A DNA stretch of 64,000 nt from Eledone cirrhosa (GCA_964016885.1 OZ024740.1:264802001-264866000), one strand, 5' to 3'. Positions 26,548-41,573 are shown, numbered from the stretch's first letter. Notes: generated by a model from the sequence alone, not told the origin. Numbers and translations: made by a program.

Positions 26548-29500
26548 TCTATCTATATCTATATAAATGCAAGTTTACGATTCTGTGTGTCCGCCTAAAG
26601 CTAGCAAACTACCGGACCGAACTCCTCAAAATTATATGTACATATTCACTATACACTCGGACAGGTAATGGTCGAAAAAGTTTTACTTTGCATAGCAAGG
26701 AATTCATGTAAATTCAATTTATCTTATTTTCTAATGAATAGCCAAAGAGATCATCCATTTTGTGTTTTTATGTTCTCCAGTCTCTATAAGAGAGTGAGAG
26801 ATGGGAAGAGAGAGAGTTAGGGATGAGAGAGAAAGAGAGAGAGAGTGGGAGATGGGAGAGAGAGTAAGGCGATGAGAGAGTGAGTGGGAGCGAGAGTAAG
26901 GGGATGTGAGAGAGAAAGAGAGTAAAGGATGAGAGAGAAAGACAATGAAAGAGAGAGAGAGAAAGTAACCAGCGTTCTTAACTTTTATTTATTTATTACT
27001 TTTACACACTTTTTAACTCTCCCGCTTCCTTAACGTTATTTATCTGTTCTTTATTTTTTGTTCTCTATTCCGTAGAGAGAGGGGGTATGTGAGAAAGAAA
27101 TAAGAAGAGAGAGAGAGTAATGGGATGGGAGAGAGAGAGAGAGGGAAAGTAGCATGCGTTCATTAAATTTTATTTATTTATTATTTTTACACACTTCTTA
27201 ACTCTCCCAATGTTATTTATCTTTTATTTATTTTTTGTTTGCTACTGTGTAAGGATGAGAGAGAGAAAGAAAGAGAGGAGTTGAGAAAGAGAACGGCAGT
27301 GAGGCGGATGGGGAGAAAAGGACAATAAGAAAAGAGAAAAGATGGGAGAGAGAAAAATAGTAAAGAGGCAGGAGAGAGGGAGGGTGATTGGAGGGATTAT
27401 TTATCTAAGGTGTGTCCGCGTTTATATATATATTTACACACACATATGTTCTTTGGCAGACGATATATGTTACCATCAAAGCTTATTTTTTACATATGTC
27501 CACATATGAAGTGTTTGTCGTTTTTTTTTTATACAACTGAAATCCCAATATTTTCTACATATGTCTTAAATTAATTTCACCTAATATACATTCATATAAA
27601 GAGATCATTTAAAACAACTTTACTGAGTGAACAATACATTCTATAGTTGTTTCTATTTCGGAAAGAGTGTGGTGTGTAATAATTGGTTCTACTTTTGGCA
27701 CAAGGCCAGCAATTATTCCAGTGCATTACTGGTACTTTATTTTATCGTGTGGTGTGTAATAATATCACTTCAAATGCCTAGAAAACGTTCCAGCTCATTA
27801 TATGGAAGATGATTTTCAGAGGCTAAGAGAAAGAAAACACAGCGATCTGAAGAAAGTGAAGAAGTTCGGCATGCCCGTCTAGCTGCTAACAGAGCTCAAA
27901 CAGCTTTAGCACGAGCACACTGTTTGGATGAAAGGGAACAAAGGACTGCTGCTACACGAGAACAACAAATTAAGGAACAGGAGCAAATCAGACGAAATGC
28001 TAATCAAGCATATTGTTCTACTGCCCGAGCAGAAGAACAATATAAAATGAACTGGCTGATGGGTGCTTTTTCTTATGAACCCCAAAAGGACTACAGCAGT
28101 AATACACAAATCAACATTGGAAAAATGAACAAATGCTGCCAGTATTGTGGTGCCAAGAAGTGAGCCTTAAAGTTAGCCTTAGAACAATACAAGAACCTAC
28201 TGAATTTCTGAAGAATCTGCTCCTTCAGCATACACCAGAAGCATGACACTTCAATAAATACATCATAAAATATAATTCTGCCATTGAAATGACATCTTTT
28301 GGCGCTGACAGGAATGTGACTGACTTTAGATTCTGTACAACTTATAAAATTTAGGGACAGTGTTACCACTTAATGGGTGGCTTTCTGCCACTTTCACAGG
28401 AGCCTCATAAATTTGTGCAGGTTTACTTCATGGGTGGAAATGAAACACAGGCACAACAAAGATGTACCAATGTCCATGGTGGATTGCAGTTCTACATTGT
28501 CATAAAGTTACAAGAAATGCTTCACCAACATCACATGTACGTCAGTGTATTTAATTATGCACTAGAGCATATGAACAACACCAGAGATCGTAAAATCATC
28601 ATTAGGGCAGACAAACGCCCAGCTTCAGAACATGAACGCAGATTCAATGCACCTGTCACTGATGAAATTGCAATCATAATGGTTGATGAACACCATGAAC
28701 GACGTGACATTCTTTTTTAAAAACGAAGTGGATATTTGGAGCGAATTTGTGAAACTCATAGAGCGTATGATTCACTCCAATATCCGCTCATCTTTTGGAA
28801 TGGTCAAGATGGATATCATTTTCAGCTATGGCATATCAGCCCAGGAACAGGACAAGAAACTGGTCGATCAATCAGCTGCAAATAATTCTATGCTTATCAT
28901 TTCATGGTACGTGACCACTTCAACCAAGTTCTGCGATTCAAAGAAGTAACCAGCCAGTTCATGATGGACATGTATACCAACATTGAAACAGAAAGATTGG
29001 GTTTTCTGCGAAGGAATCAGACTAAGTAGAGGGCAGATAACTACATCCACCTTAGAGATGCCATCAATTCTGATGTTGACCCAAGAAATATTGGCCAGCC
29101 AGTCACACTACCATCAAGCTTCACGGGAGGACCACGTACGCAAGATGCAATGGCCTATGTCAGAAAATTTGGTCGGCCAGATCTCTTCATTACATTTACA
29201 TGCAATTCAAACTGGTCAGAATAATCAAATGAATTATTTCAAAATCAAAAACTAAAGGATCGACATGACCTCATTGCTTGGGATTTCCATGAAAAGCAAA
29301 AAAAATAACTCATCTGGTTCCTAAAAGAAGGAAGAATCTTTGGTGAACTTAGTGCTTGGATGACCACTATTGAATGGCAGAAGAGAGGTTTTCCTCACTC
29401 TCACACACTAATCTGGTGCAAGGAGAAGATAAGACCAGATGATGTTGATAAGATGATTTCAGCAGAGTTGCCTGATAAAGGTGGTGATCCAGAGCTCTTT

Positions 29501-31799
29501 GAAACCATCAAGTCCAAACTCATTCATGGTCCATGTGGAGTCATCAATCCAGCCTCTCCCTGCATGAAAGATCAAAAATGCAGCAAACATTGTCCTAGAG
29601 CTTTTATTTGGGAAACTCGGACTGAAAATATTGGATACCCCCTTTATCGTAGGCGTAGTCTAGAACATGGAGGCAATACTGTAGCCTAACAGTTCGAGGA
29701 GAGGAGCTGACCATAAACAATCAGTGGGTCGTCCCACACAACAAATTGTTGTGTAAACTTTTAAAAGCTGATATCAATTTTGAGTATTGCAGCTCCGTGA
29801 GGGCAATCCTATATGTCACAAAATATATCAACAAGGGCAGAAACAAGGCTACATTTATTACTGACAAAGAACTCAATGATGGTGGGCTCGATCAGGTCAA
29901 ACGGTATCAAACAGGTCGATACATCTCCAGCAATGAAGCTATCTGGCGAATCTTTGGAATGGATATCCATCAACGCCACCCAACAGGGGTCAACCTCGCA
30001 GTCCATCTGGAAAATGCACAGAGATTGTACTTCACTGAGATCACTGCTCATCAGTTGGCACAAGCATCACATGACACTACACTATCTTCTTTCTTTAAAC
30101 TCTACCAGAATGATGAATATGCACGATCCCAACATACTAAACCTGGACTAATTGCAAGACCTGGAATCGAAGAAAGCAGTGTCATTTAGTGGAAGGTCAT
30201 GAAGTCAAGTCTAGTGATGCTATTGGGCGTGTTTACAATGTCCAACCCAACAACAGAGAATGTTTTTATTTACGGCTACGTCTGCATACTGTTCGAGGAC
30301 CAACGTCATTTGAGGATCTTAGGTGCTTCAGAGGAAGAGAGTGCGCAACATACCAAGAAGTATGTAAACAGCATGGACTCCTGCATGACAATGGACACTG
30401 GAAGAAGTGCCTAAAAGAAAGAGCAATCACTCAAGTAGCCAGCCAAATAAGACAATTATTTGCTATTATGCTCACAGCATGTGGAATTGATGAAGCTCAT
30501 CTACTCTGGCAGGAGTACAAAAACAATATGTCGGACGACTATCTACGCCTAGCCCGAAGACAAAATGTATATGGCAATATGTATATGGAATATACCCTCA
30601 GGATTTACATTCAAGCTCTCTATGACCTGTCCCACCGAGTTCAGGCAATGAATAGCACATTAGCTAACTGCGGGATGCCAGAGTCAGATGAAGAAATAGA
30701 GGTAGCACAAGACATTCTTCAGGAGACAAACTACGATATTCAAACAGTGCGTAAGTTTGTGGATGAAAATGAACCTCGATTGATGGATGACCAGAAATAC
30801 GCCTACCACAATATCATCGAAAAGGTTTAAAATGACAGGGGAGGACTTTTCTTCATTGATGCTCCTGCTGGCACAGGCAAGACATTCCTCATAAAAACCC
30901 TGCTTGCAAAAGTTCGCCAAAAGCAACATATTGCCCTTGCTGTGGCTTCAAGGGGCATTGCAGCAACACTTCTGGGTGGAGGAAGAACTGCACACTCCAT
31001 GTTTAAGCTGCCCATATATCTCACATGGCATGAACAATCTTTTTGCAACATCAAGAAGAACTCACCCAAGGGAAAGCTTCTGCAAACAGGCAAGATGATA
31101 ATTTGGAGTGAAGCTACTATGAGCCATAAAGGAGCAATTGTAGCTTTGGACCGGACGATAAGGGATCTGAGAGAAAATAGTTGCATAATGGGAGGAGTGA
31201 CAATGGTTCTTGCTGGTGATTTCAGACAGACTCTGCCTGTAATTCTTCGAGGGACTCAAGCTGATCAGGTCAATGCCTGTCTGAAAACATCCTATCTCTG
31301 GCTCCACTTTCAGCTGCTGAAACTTACAACCAACTTGCAAATGCACTTAACTGGTGACGAAGGTGTCAGTGAGTTTGCCATCCAACTACTTAAATTAGGA
31401 AGTTGACTTCTTGAAAAGGACACCATTGCCCATATTCAGTTGTTATTTGGCCATATCATTGACACAGAACAAGAACTGATTGCCAGAGTGTTTCCAAACA
31501 TTCAGACTAGGCAATGTGATCCGAAATGGAACGAGCAATCATTGAAAGTTATTGGGTTGAATCTGGCAGATCCTGTCTTTTCACTTGGGAACCCTCATTG
31601 TCTCTTCACAGGGCAAAACCAAGAATGTTGTTTATCCAGAGGCTTTGGAATGAGCAATGTCGGAATCCCTCATTCAATGACAATACACGCAGATCCTACT
31701 TCCTTAGTCATGTAGTTTGCAAGGAATTCTGAAGCCGCAAATTTACTGCATGGTGTTACTTTGGAAGAATATGCAGGCATTCCCGGGTACCTCTGCTAT
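26548..31799 (+). mobile_element. Degraded autonomous-type Helitron (RepHel)
   Basis: 5' TCTATCTATATCTATATAAA; fragmented RepHel; degenerate 3' hairpin and CTAT near 31773-31799. Confidence 0.85.
27773..31600 (+). pseudogene. Helitron Rep (HUH/Y2) plus Pif1 helicase, frameshifted
   Basis: GRPDLFITFTCN, IEWQKRGFPHSH, ILYVTKYINKG, GRYISSNEAIWRIF, FFIDAPAGTGKT, VLAGDFRQTLPV; internal deletion near 31530. Confidence 0.95.
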
Positions 31800-32719
31800 A
31801 TAAAGTAGTATAAGTGAGGAATTTGTTGGGTAGAAATAACAGCCAAATTTCCTTCAAATCCCACCTTACTTTCTCAGGTATGTATATATGCATGAAGCAA
31901 ACAGAAATGGTTCTATGCGATCTACTAGAAATATTAGCAAAATCGATTTCAAATCACAAACAACTGTCTTATACACATACATGTGTGTGTATGTATCTAT
32001 GTATGTCATCTCAGCCACTATAACTGTTGGTATAGCTAAAAGAAAACAAATCTCCCCCAAACAAGATCCTTCTACCATAGAGCCAAAGATTGGTGAAATC
32101 TACAGTGTACAAATTTAAATACACTTTCCTCGAATTACAGAAATGAGTAAGTAAATGCTTCATTCAATCATAAACCAATGCTAAATTTATTTTATTATTT
32201 GCCTTTATTTATTATTTTATTATTTGCCTTTCATCCTTACGGGGTCGATAAAATAAAGTACCAGTAATGCACTGGGTATTTACTGGCCTTGTGCCAAAAG
32301 TAGAAACAATTATTTTATTTATGGTTTTTAAAATAGTCTTTACATGTTGTTTGAATTTCAAAGGTTCAGATTGAGCAAAAAAAAAAAAAAAGAAAGAAAG
32401 GGATAAACAAAAAAAATCTAAATGTATTTTTTGGGTCATCCCCTTTTCACTGACAACGTACCTAATGATTCATCTATGAGTAAAGCATTATATATGCTGA
32501 CTGTAATAGGGAGCAGTATTCAAAAAATCACCACTGGAAAAGAATTATATTTTTGTCTAGATGATTTACTTTGACCAAATGGCAATAAATATTCTGTTAT
32601 AATTCCTACTTTGGTTAAAATTCAGCAATCATATTTGAATGGTCAAATATTTTGTAATGTGTGCCAAATAAATTGTAACTTTCATAAAATACCCGGGTAT
32701 CATCGGGTAGCTCAGCTAG
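31800..32719 (+). mobile_element. Non-autonomous Helitron-like segment appended to the RepHel element
   Basis: Ends cccgggtatcatcggg-tagctcag-CTAG|T; 31896-31965 is similar in inverted orientation to 22207-22266; includes a SINE fragment at 32218-32315. Confidence 0.6.
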
Positions 32720-32784
32720 TAGGTAATAAAATAGAGTTGAAAAAATAAAAGCTTCTTCTTCCCTTATTGTTATCATTATTATTA

Positions 32785-32910
32785 GAGTTCAAATCCCGAC
32801 GATGTTAACTTTACCTTTCATCCTTACGGGGGTCGATAAAATAGTACAAGTACCGTACTGAGGTCGATTTCATCGTCTTTCCCCTCCCTCCAAATGACTG
32901 GCCTTACATT
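32785..32910 (+). mobile_element. 5'-truncated Meta SINE
   Basis: gagttcaaatccc...cctttcatccttacgggggtcgataaaa. Confidence 0.8.
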
Positions 32911-32985
<75 letters not shown>

Positions 32986-33452
32986 GTGGTGTGTGGTGTG
33001 TGCGCGCGCGCGTGTGTGTGCGCGCGCGCGTGTGTGTGCGTGTATGTGTGTATTTGTTTCACAAAGCAACATTTGTCAAATCAAGATTTTAGAAAATATC
33101 ACTCCGTAACAATACAGCCATACCAACCATCAAATGTAATGCGTAGGTTTCACAAAGACAGATAAAGAGAGAGACAGAGAGAGGGAGAGAAACCGAGAAA
33201 ATGACAGACATAGAGAGTGATAGATAGGATAGACCTTTGATTGAAAGTATGGCTATTTACGTGAACACACACTAAAAAGTGTGGGGATGAGATCCGATTT
33301 CCAGGATATCATATAAATGCCTGTTAATAGCTACTACATCAGGACGTCTGTAAATACGTCTGAAAATCAATTCTCAGACATTAAAATATATATACATATA
33401 TATATATATACACATTTGTGTACAGCATTAACGAAGCTTTAGGCTGCGGCTA

Positions 33453-33619
<167 letters not shown>

Positions 33620-34455
33620 TGTTTAAATATCGTACCTTGATGTGGTTGTTTTTATTACTACTTTGTATTCTTATAATTCTTGTTCATGTTATTACAATCA
33701 TTATTTTCTTAGTGTTTCGTTTTTTGGTGATTTTTTTTTTTTCTTAATCTATTTCTCTTTAATATATCTCTTATAGTTTATTCTTTAGTTTTATAAACTA
33801 ACACCGATGTGTCTGAATGTTTTCAGTGACTCCTATGTTCTAATGTTATATACGGTTAGCGACTACACAAATCTCACGAAACTCCCGTTGAGACAAAGCA
33901 CAGCTGTTCGCCCAGAGGTTAACAGTTGGAAACATCATTACGCAGTATCTCCGGGAAAACAATGCTTTAACAGCTTTTGAAGCCGATGGCGATGTTCTTT
34001 TTGGTGCATTCAATAACTTATCACTTGGATTAACCCCAACGATAAGTGCACCTGATTCTCAAAACTTTCTATTATATATTCCACTTCTCCGTTTCATTGT
34101 TTATTCTCACTGGCCCCGAGCCTTTCACTGTTTCTCTTCATATATACACACGTTCAGTAAAACATTTTTTCTAGACTTTTTGAGTTTATATCTTGAAAAT
34201 AATCTTCATTTTTTTCTCTAGATTATACTAATTTTTTTTTGTTCATTTTATTTATCATCTTCCAGATTCTGCATAGAAACTTGAAAACACCTAGTCAACA
34301 CGTTAATAAAGTACAGTTATCCCAGTCAAGCACATTCAAATATCATTTAATTTTTTCCTCACTCTATTTGTTTGTATATAAATATATATGCATGTATTAT
34401 ATATATACATACATATATGTGTGTACACACACACACACGCACAGACACTCACACG

Positions 34456-34635
<180 letters not shown>

Positions 34636-34803
34636 TGTGTGTGTATATGTGTGTGCGTGTGCGTGTGTGTGTGTGTGTGTATACATCATTTACATTCAGT
34701 TTCTTTTCGCAATGCTTCAAGCTATGTCAAGAAAAAATTATTTTCATTAATATTATATTGGGAGCTTCAGAATTGTTCAACACATAAATGAAATACCTGA
34801 AAA

Positions 34804-34848
<45 letters not shown>

Positions 34849-35074
34849 AACTTCCTAAACACAGATATATCACTTACACACAAACACACATTCAAACACA
34901 CACATACATACGTTCAATGTGATTTATCATACACATCACGCTCATGTGCATCCTGATGCATAAATCCATATCTAAATAAATATACATACATATATAAATA
35001 TATATAAGTATGCGAAAGTGTGTGTGCGCGCGCGAGTGTTTGTGTGTTTTTTTATATATATATATATATAAATA

Positions 35075-35130
<56 letters not shown>

Positions 35131-35152
35131 ACACACACACATACACACACAC

Positions 35153-35198
<46 letters not shown>

Positions 35199-35524
35199 AT
35201 TCTATTATATTATATCCCCAACAGAATATAATTTACATACTGCACATAGTGTTACAGACGAAAATAAAAAAGCGATATATGCATGAGCAGACATTTTGTG
35301 ATACATATTTACACGCATACAAACATTCACACACGCACGCACACACAAACACACAAACACACAAACACAGACACTCATGCCTGCACTCGCGCAAGCACAA
35401 ATAAGTATACTTATATAAGTATATACATTATAATTTCAGATATGAATTTTCCTGCATTTCATGTGGATATGCAAAAATATTTACCAGCGTTTTTGAAAAT
35501 GAGCATGTATACACCCCCCAACAC

Positions 35525-35762
<238 letters not shown>

Positions 35763-36094
35763 ATATATATATATATATACCACGTTGCATTACGTATAAT
35801 CGAATATAGTCTGAACTTAAATACATGACGGATTTATTATAGTAAAACTACAATAAGAAATATCAGGAAATATATATCTTCTCAAAAAGAATTTTAAATA
35901 TCGGCTTGCGGATAAGGCAATGAAAGCACGATACGTTCAGATCATGATATTCTGCGGAAGTGTTTTGAATTTCTCCATAGTTCTCTCATTATTAGGGGCT
36001 CAGGGAAATACTTTTTTTCCCTTGTGAGGACATGTGGTCTAATCGTCATAGTGTTTGACCTACTATCTTACCATCATGAGTTTGATCATTTTAA

Positions 36095-36392
36095 TGGTTT
36101 CCTTCTTTAGACCGTGGCCATGCTGGGGCATTGGTTTGAAGTCCATCATATTACGATCTTCGTAATTTTTTCAAAATGTGGCTACATATTTTGTCGATCT
36201 ATTTTACTTGAATAGCTAAGTTATGGGACACACACGGAACTACGTACACACTCATGTGTATATATGTGTGTATATACATGTGCCACGAGCTGCCGCAGTT
36301 TTCGTGTACACAATCTCACATTGGTCAATATGCGGCTCTTGTTGAAGATACTTGCCTAAGTTGCTGCACATTGTGACTGAACCCAAAAGACT
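36095..36392 (-). mobile_element. Degraded second SINE family
   Basis: gtggccatgctggggca, gctaagttatgggac and gaagatacttgcctaag..gactgaaccca (reverse B-box like) resemble a cephalopod SINE as recalled; not verified. Confidence 0.45.
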
Positions 36393-36829
36393 GGATTCTT
36401 ATGGAAAATAATCTGAAGAAATTTATGTTTACCATCGTCATTTTATTAAGAAGAAATAGATATTTTTAAATAGATGTAATGCATAGACCTTTTACTGACT
36501 GATTCTAATCAGATGGCGTTACTTTCTATACTAATTTAGTATATGTCGCAAGCAAGATTTAACCTCAGGAATTCTTAACGATATTCAGATAATAATATCC
36601 GATACCATTTATACGAACTTTATTATGATATCTAGTATTGTTTTCTTGTCCCTATAATACTTTTGTATCTGTGAAGCAGTATTTTAATTTGAAGAGGAGA
36701 GGATGGAGGAAATAACTTGCGATCATTTAGTGTAATGGTGAATTTGACGCAGAAAGGGATTTGATATGACTCCATAATATATATATATGAAAAATGTCTT
36801 ATTGTTTTTCATGCTTTCCATGTTTTATA

Positions 36830-36872
<43 letters not shown>

Positions 36873-36875
36873 ATG

Positions 36876-36952
<77 letters not shown>

Positions 36953-36957
<5 letters not shown>

Positions 36958-38636
36958 GGTAAACATTGATGCAATTCAATTCAAGCACTCAACCTAATTT
37001 TTCCACATAGGAGTGACGGAGTAATTATCGAATAAGGAAAAGCGAAGTAGTTTCAGATGTTCAAGTCCTTTAATAATAATGCTGTGATATATATTTCAAT
37101 GACGACACTGTGTGCGAGTGTCGTGTCATCATCAGACAGCTTGCTACATAATAAGGTTGTTTCCGAGGCAATCCAAATTGAATCGACATGGGAACGGATG
37201 AAGTTCGTGCTTTAGGGTTTTTCATCCGTTCCCTTGTGAGTACCAATTCACCCCCACCGGTCTGCGCAAGCGCATGTCCGAAGGTAGTTGAACATTAGTC
37301 ACCGCAGATTTCAACGAAATTCGCTGTCAGTTCACGCTCTCAGCCAAAACAATAGCCCACCTATGCCCTACCAATGTCTACTGCTACCCATCACGACTGT
37401 GGCAGTCAGCCGAAAGCCAGAGGGGATGGGATGGTGTTAGTTTGTATAGGTCATAATACTACCTTTCACTAAGCGTTGACAGCAAGACTGACCATCAACT
37501 CATAAGGGAAAATAAACTTAATTCTAGGTACTATGGTTTTACATTGTAAGTTAAGAGTGAGAGCTGGAAATAAAAATTAAAAATTAAAATCCTAAATCAA
37601 ATATCAGAGATTATAAATTAAACAATTAACAATTCAAAAATTCTAAATTCAAAAATGTTTCAAGTGATAATTCGGATTGAGTAAAGATATAGATGGAAGT
37701 GAGTAAATAATATGGAGAGAGATGTTTAAGTAATAAGTTCTGAGAGGGATTCTAGTGTCCCAGTTACTCTATCCACATATTGAACGACAGTGCCGTACAT
37801 TATAACGGAGGGCAAACTACATGGTTCAAGGCATTAGTCAATCCGCTACACGGTCATAATTTCCATCACATGGAACACAATCAAAGAAAAACAGACATAA
37901 AGTACACAAAAGAAAAGAAAAGAACAGAACCAATAGTGAATGAATGCAAAAACACAGAGTACATATATGCAAAATGATCCATATTATTGTCCATCTGTCC
38001 ATGTATAGATTGAATTGAGGGGGCTTCCGTTCAAATGCGATTTGGTGCAGGAAAATAGGGGTTTATCGTATTTTTTGTTTCCGCGCATTTATCCTACCAA
38101 AAGTTACTATTACGCCCATCCAGTGTCAGGGGTTTTCATCCCCATGGCAGAGGGAATTTCCGGGGTAGCTCTTGGTTGGTTCCTCTCTTCTCCACCATAT
38201 CGGTTACATCATAGAGCGCTCAACTAATCGGAGCTAAATTATTAGGGTAAACATTGATGCAATTCAATTCAAGCACTCAACGTACTTTTTCCACATAGGA
38301 GTGACGGAGTAAATATCGAATAAGGAAAAGCGAAGTAGTTTCAGATGTTCATGTCCTTTAATAATAATGCTGCGATATATATTTCAATGACGACACTGGC
38401 CACACTGTTCTGTGGGCGAGTGTCGTGTCATGATCAGACAGCTTGCTACATAATAAGGTTGTTTCCGAGGCAATCCAAATTGAATCGACATGGGAACGGA
38501 TGAAGTTCGTGCTTTTGGGTTTTTCATCCGTTCCCTTGTGAGTACCAATTCACCCCCGATTGCCTGTGTCGTCATTGAAATATATATCACAGCATTATTA
38601 TTAATGGACTAGAACATCTGAAACTACTTCGCTTTT

Positions 38637-38641
<5 letters not shown>
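36953..38641 (-). mobile_element. Non-coding PLE/retrozyme-like element with two direct pseudo-LTRs and a terminal inverted stub
   Basis: 36953-37255 matches 38240-38557; 38565-38641 is an inverted copy of about 38320-38397; (TA)n on both sides; no convincing ORF. Confidence 0.85.
37081..37140 (-). ncRNA. Minimal type I hammerhead ribozyme motif
   Basis: gctgt-CTGATGA-tgac acgacact..agtgtcgt catt-GAAA-tatata-TC-acagc; second copy at 38369-38442 with core CTGATCA. Confidence 0.8.
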
Positions 38642-38732
<91 letters not shown>

Positions 38733-38733
<1 letters not shown>

Positions 38734-39324
38734 GAGAAGTTCTATTTAAATTGTTGGGATACAACAAGCAAATATTTTTATAACTGATATAAAGCACTCA
38801 ACAAATAATTGGAGTAAAAATACGATATTAACAAATGGAAACTATATTTATAAAACCATTTTTCATATATATATATATATATTATGGAGTCGTATCAAAT
38901 CCCTTTCTGCGTCAAATTCAGCATTACACTAAATGATCGCAAGTTATTTCCTCCATACTCTCCTCTTCAAATTAAAATACTTGTTCAGAGATGCTTCACA
39001 CATATTTATTTCATTATACATATTTCAAGGACACCAAGTTAAATTATGGTGTGCTTTCATCAGATAAAATATAATATAGAGCAGTTTTATAAATAAATAT
39101 TGACATACCCTTAAAGAATGCCACCATTACTGTTGGAAGCTCCCGGATAGTCAAACTATCCGGGAGCTTCCAACAGTAATGGTCGCATTCTTTAAGGGTA
39201 TGTCAATATTTATTTATAAAACTGCTCTATATTATATTTTATCTGATAAAAGCACACCATAATTTAACTCGGTGTCCTTTAAATATGTATAATGAAATAA
39301 ATATAGTTTCCATTTCTTAATATC

Positions 39325-39327
<3 letters not shown>
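38733..39327 (-). mobile_element. Fold-back element (family A), interrupted at about 38865-39000
   Basis: Near-perfect palindrome 39002-39304 with loop TCAAA; 38733-38860 is homologous to 5900-6033. Confidence 0.8.
39007..39071 (-). ncRNA. Minimal type I hammerhead ribozyme motif
   Basis: tattttat-CTGATGA-aagc acacca..tggtgt cctt-GAAA-tatgta-TA-atgaaata; all core positions canonical and an 8-bp stem I. Confidence 0.85.
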
Positions 39328-39383
<56 letters not shown>

Positions 39384-39401
39384 CACATATACACACACAC
39401 A

Positions 39402-39443
<42 letters not shown>

Positions 39444-40247
39444 GATATCCAATCTTTAGTAAGGTGAAACCGTCGGTAAAACCAAATGGATTAGGTAAAT
39501 ATTTGAATTATACATTTTTTTTTTTTGTTTTAAGAAATTGTTTGAATTTTACTTGCTCCGCTTATCTCTATTTTATAGTTCTGGTATGTCAAATTAATAC
39601 CATGGAACAACCACTGTATCATAGACACCCTATATTTCCAGGGGTACTTAGTACCTGTGGAGATATTAATCTCCTTTTATATTTTCTCCGTTATGTAGAG
39701 AACAAATCTGTTCTTTTATTTAGCTGCTATTTTTAGTTGCGTGATAGACAACACGTCTATGTTTACTCGGCCTGCTATAACAGTTCCCATAGTCTCAAAC
39801 TGCTGGTGGTGCACGAAAAGATGCAACTATGTGCAAAATATTAGTTAATTATCATACGTCAGCGGCAGTTCGATTCCCTGTTAAGAAAAGACTAAAATGG
39901 AATTCAAGCACTCTCAGTTTCTAGTAGCAAGTGAAAGAAGCAGTATACCCTATAGTGACGCGTGACGTCTCACCAAGGAGGAGGTGGGCTAACTCTGACC
40001 AATATACAGGGAATTCAACTCAAAAAGCACTCTACCAGTGTGTTTTCAAGTCGAAAACAGATACAGTACAGCAAATAATAAAAAAAATAAATCAAAGTAG
40101 GTAAATATAGTGAGAATGTTCAACTTACACTTTAAATGCAATATAGTTCACGGGGAGGTAAGATATTTAGGAAACGAAGTAAGTCGAATAGAACGGCCGT
40201 TTCCTCACTCACTCTATGGAAAACTAAGTTCATATCATTAAAAGTCG

Positions 40248-40428
40248 TGGCAGTATCGGTAGAGGATCGGACGCCATGCTTTCTAGCATAGAGTTATGGC
40301 CCATTACAGTCTGGTTTCAAATCCTGTCGAGGTTATATTTGCCTTTCATCCTTGCGGGGTAGATAAAATAAAGTACCGGTAATGCCCTGGAGTAATTGCT
40401 GGCCTTGTACCAAAAGTAGAAACAATAT
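40248..40428 (+). mobile_element. Meta-domain SINE
   Basis: A box, B box, core and tail. Confidence 0.9.
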
Positions 40429-41573
40429 TAAAAGTCGGATCCAGCTAAGTGTACACTTTCGTTAATCAACGAGGAATACGACTTAGTGTGTGTAAGATGT
40501 TACGGTACCCGGGCTGCTGTAACAGTTGCCAAGGACACAAACCACTGGTCGTGCACCGAGATGTGCAGCCATGTACATTAGGTAATGATAATACACATTA
40601 CGTAATCAGGCTGGGGTCGTTTCGTTCCTGTTAAGCAAAGATAAAAATTGCATGATACCACTGCTAATAGCAAGTAAAGGTAGGAGTAAACCCTTTAGTG
40701 AGATTTGACGACACATCAAAGAGGAGCTAAGCCAGGTCTGACCCTCTACAGTGGATCACGTTGGAAAAAACTTCACATTGAAAATATATAACTGTTGCCA
40801 AAAGCAATCTGCCAGTGTGTTTTCAAATAGAAAACAAATGCAGTATATCAAACAATAAAAAATAAATTGATTTAGGTAAAAATAGTTAATTTAGCTGGCA
40901 ATCAATGTTTATCATTGATTGACCAACAGTTAAACTATATATATATAGTCTATCAAATATAATTACATAAACGGAGAAAGCTATTAGCGAAACTCCGACC
41001 AATTGCCAACTCACTCAACAAACATTAGGAAATACCGGAGTATATTCCCAATTAAACGTTTGGGGTGCTAACTATATTGTATTGTGTGGATAATCGGCTG
41101 TATTATTTTATATAAGATATATTAAAAATCTCATTCCGCAAACGATCGTTTCATTATAAGATTTTTACATGGTGGGTGAAATGATACCAAGTTAGGTAGA
41201 AACTTGTGTAAGATCAATGGATTCTCATGCAAGTGGGCTCTTATATATCTTTAGTGGGTGCCCAATAATATTAATATTAATAACTAAATCAACATCAACA
41301 TTTAGCGATAATCACCATCAGTGCTAGAAGGAAGGGTTAGGTTGTAAGTCCAGCAGTTCTAAAGAAAATCTCACACTGTCCCGTTTATTTATATCTATCT
41401 CTTTAACTGTTGGTCAATCAATGATAAACGGATATAAAATATACGGAAGCGAAAACCAATCCAAACCAAACAGTGAGTGTGTTTTATTATATACTAGCAG
41501 ATTTACCCGGCGTTGCTCGTGGTTTGAAATGTTGCTAAGAATATACAGCTAGGAAGTAAAAGAAGAACATTAT

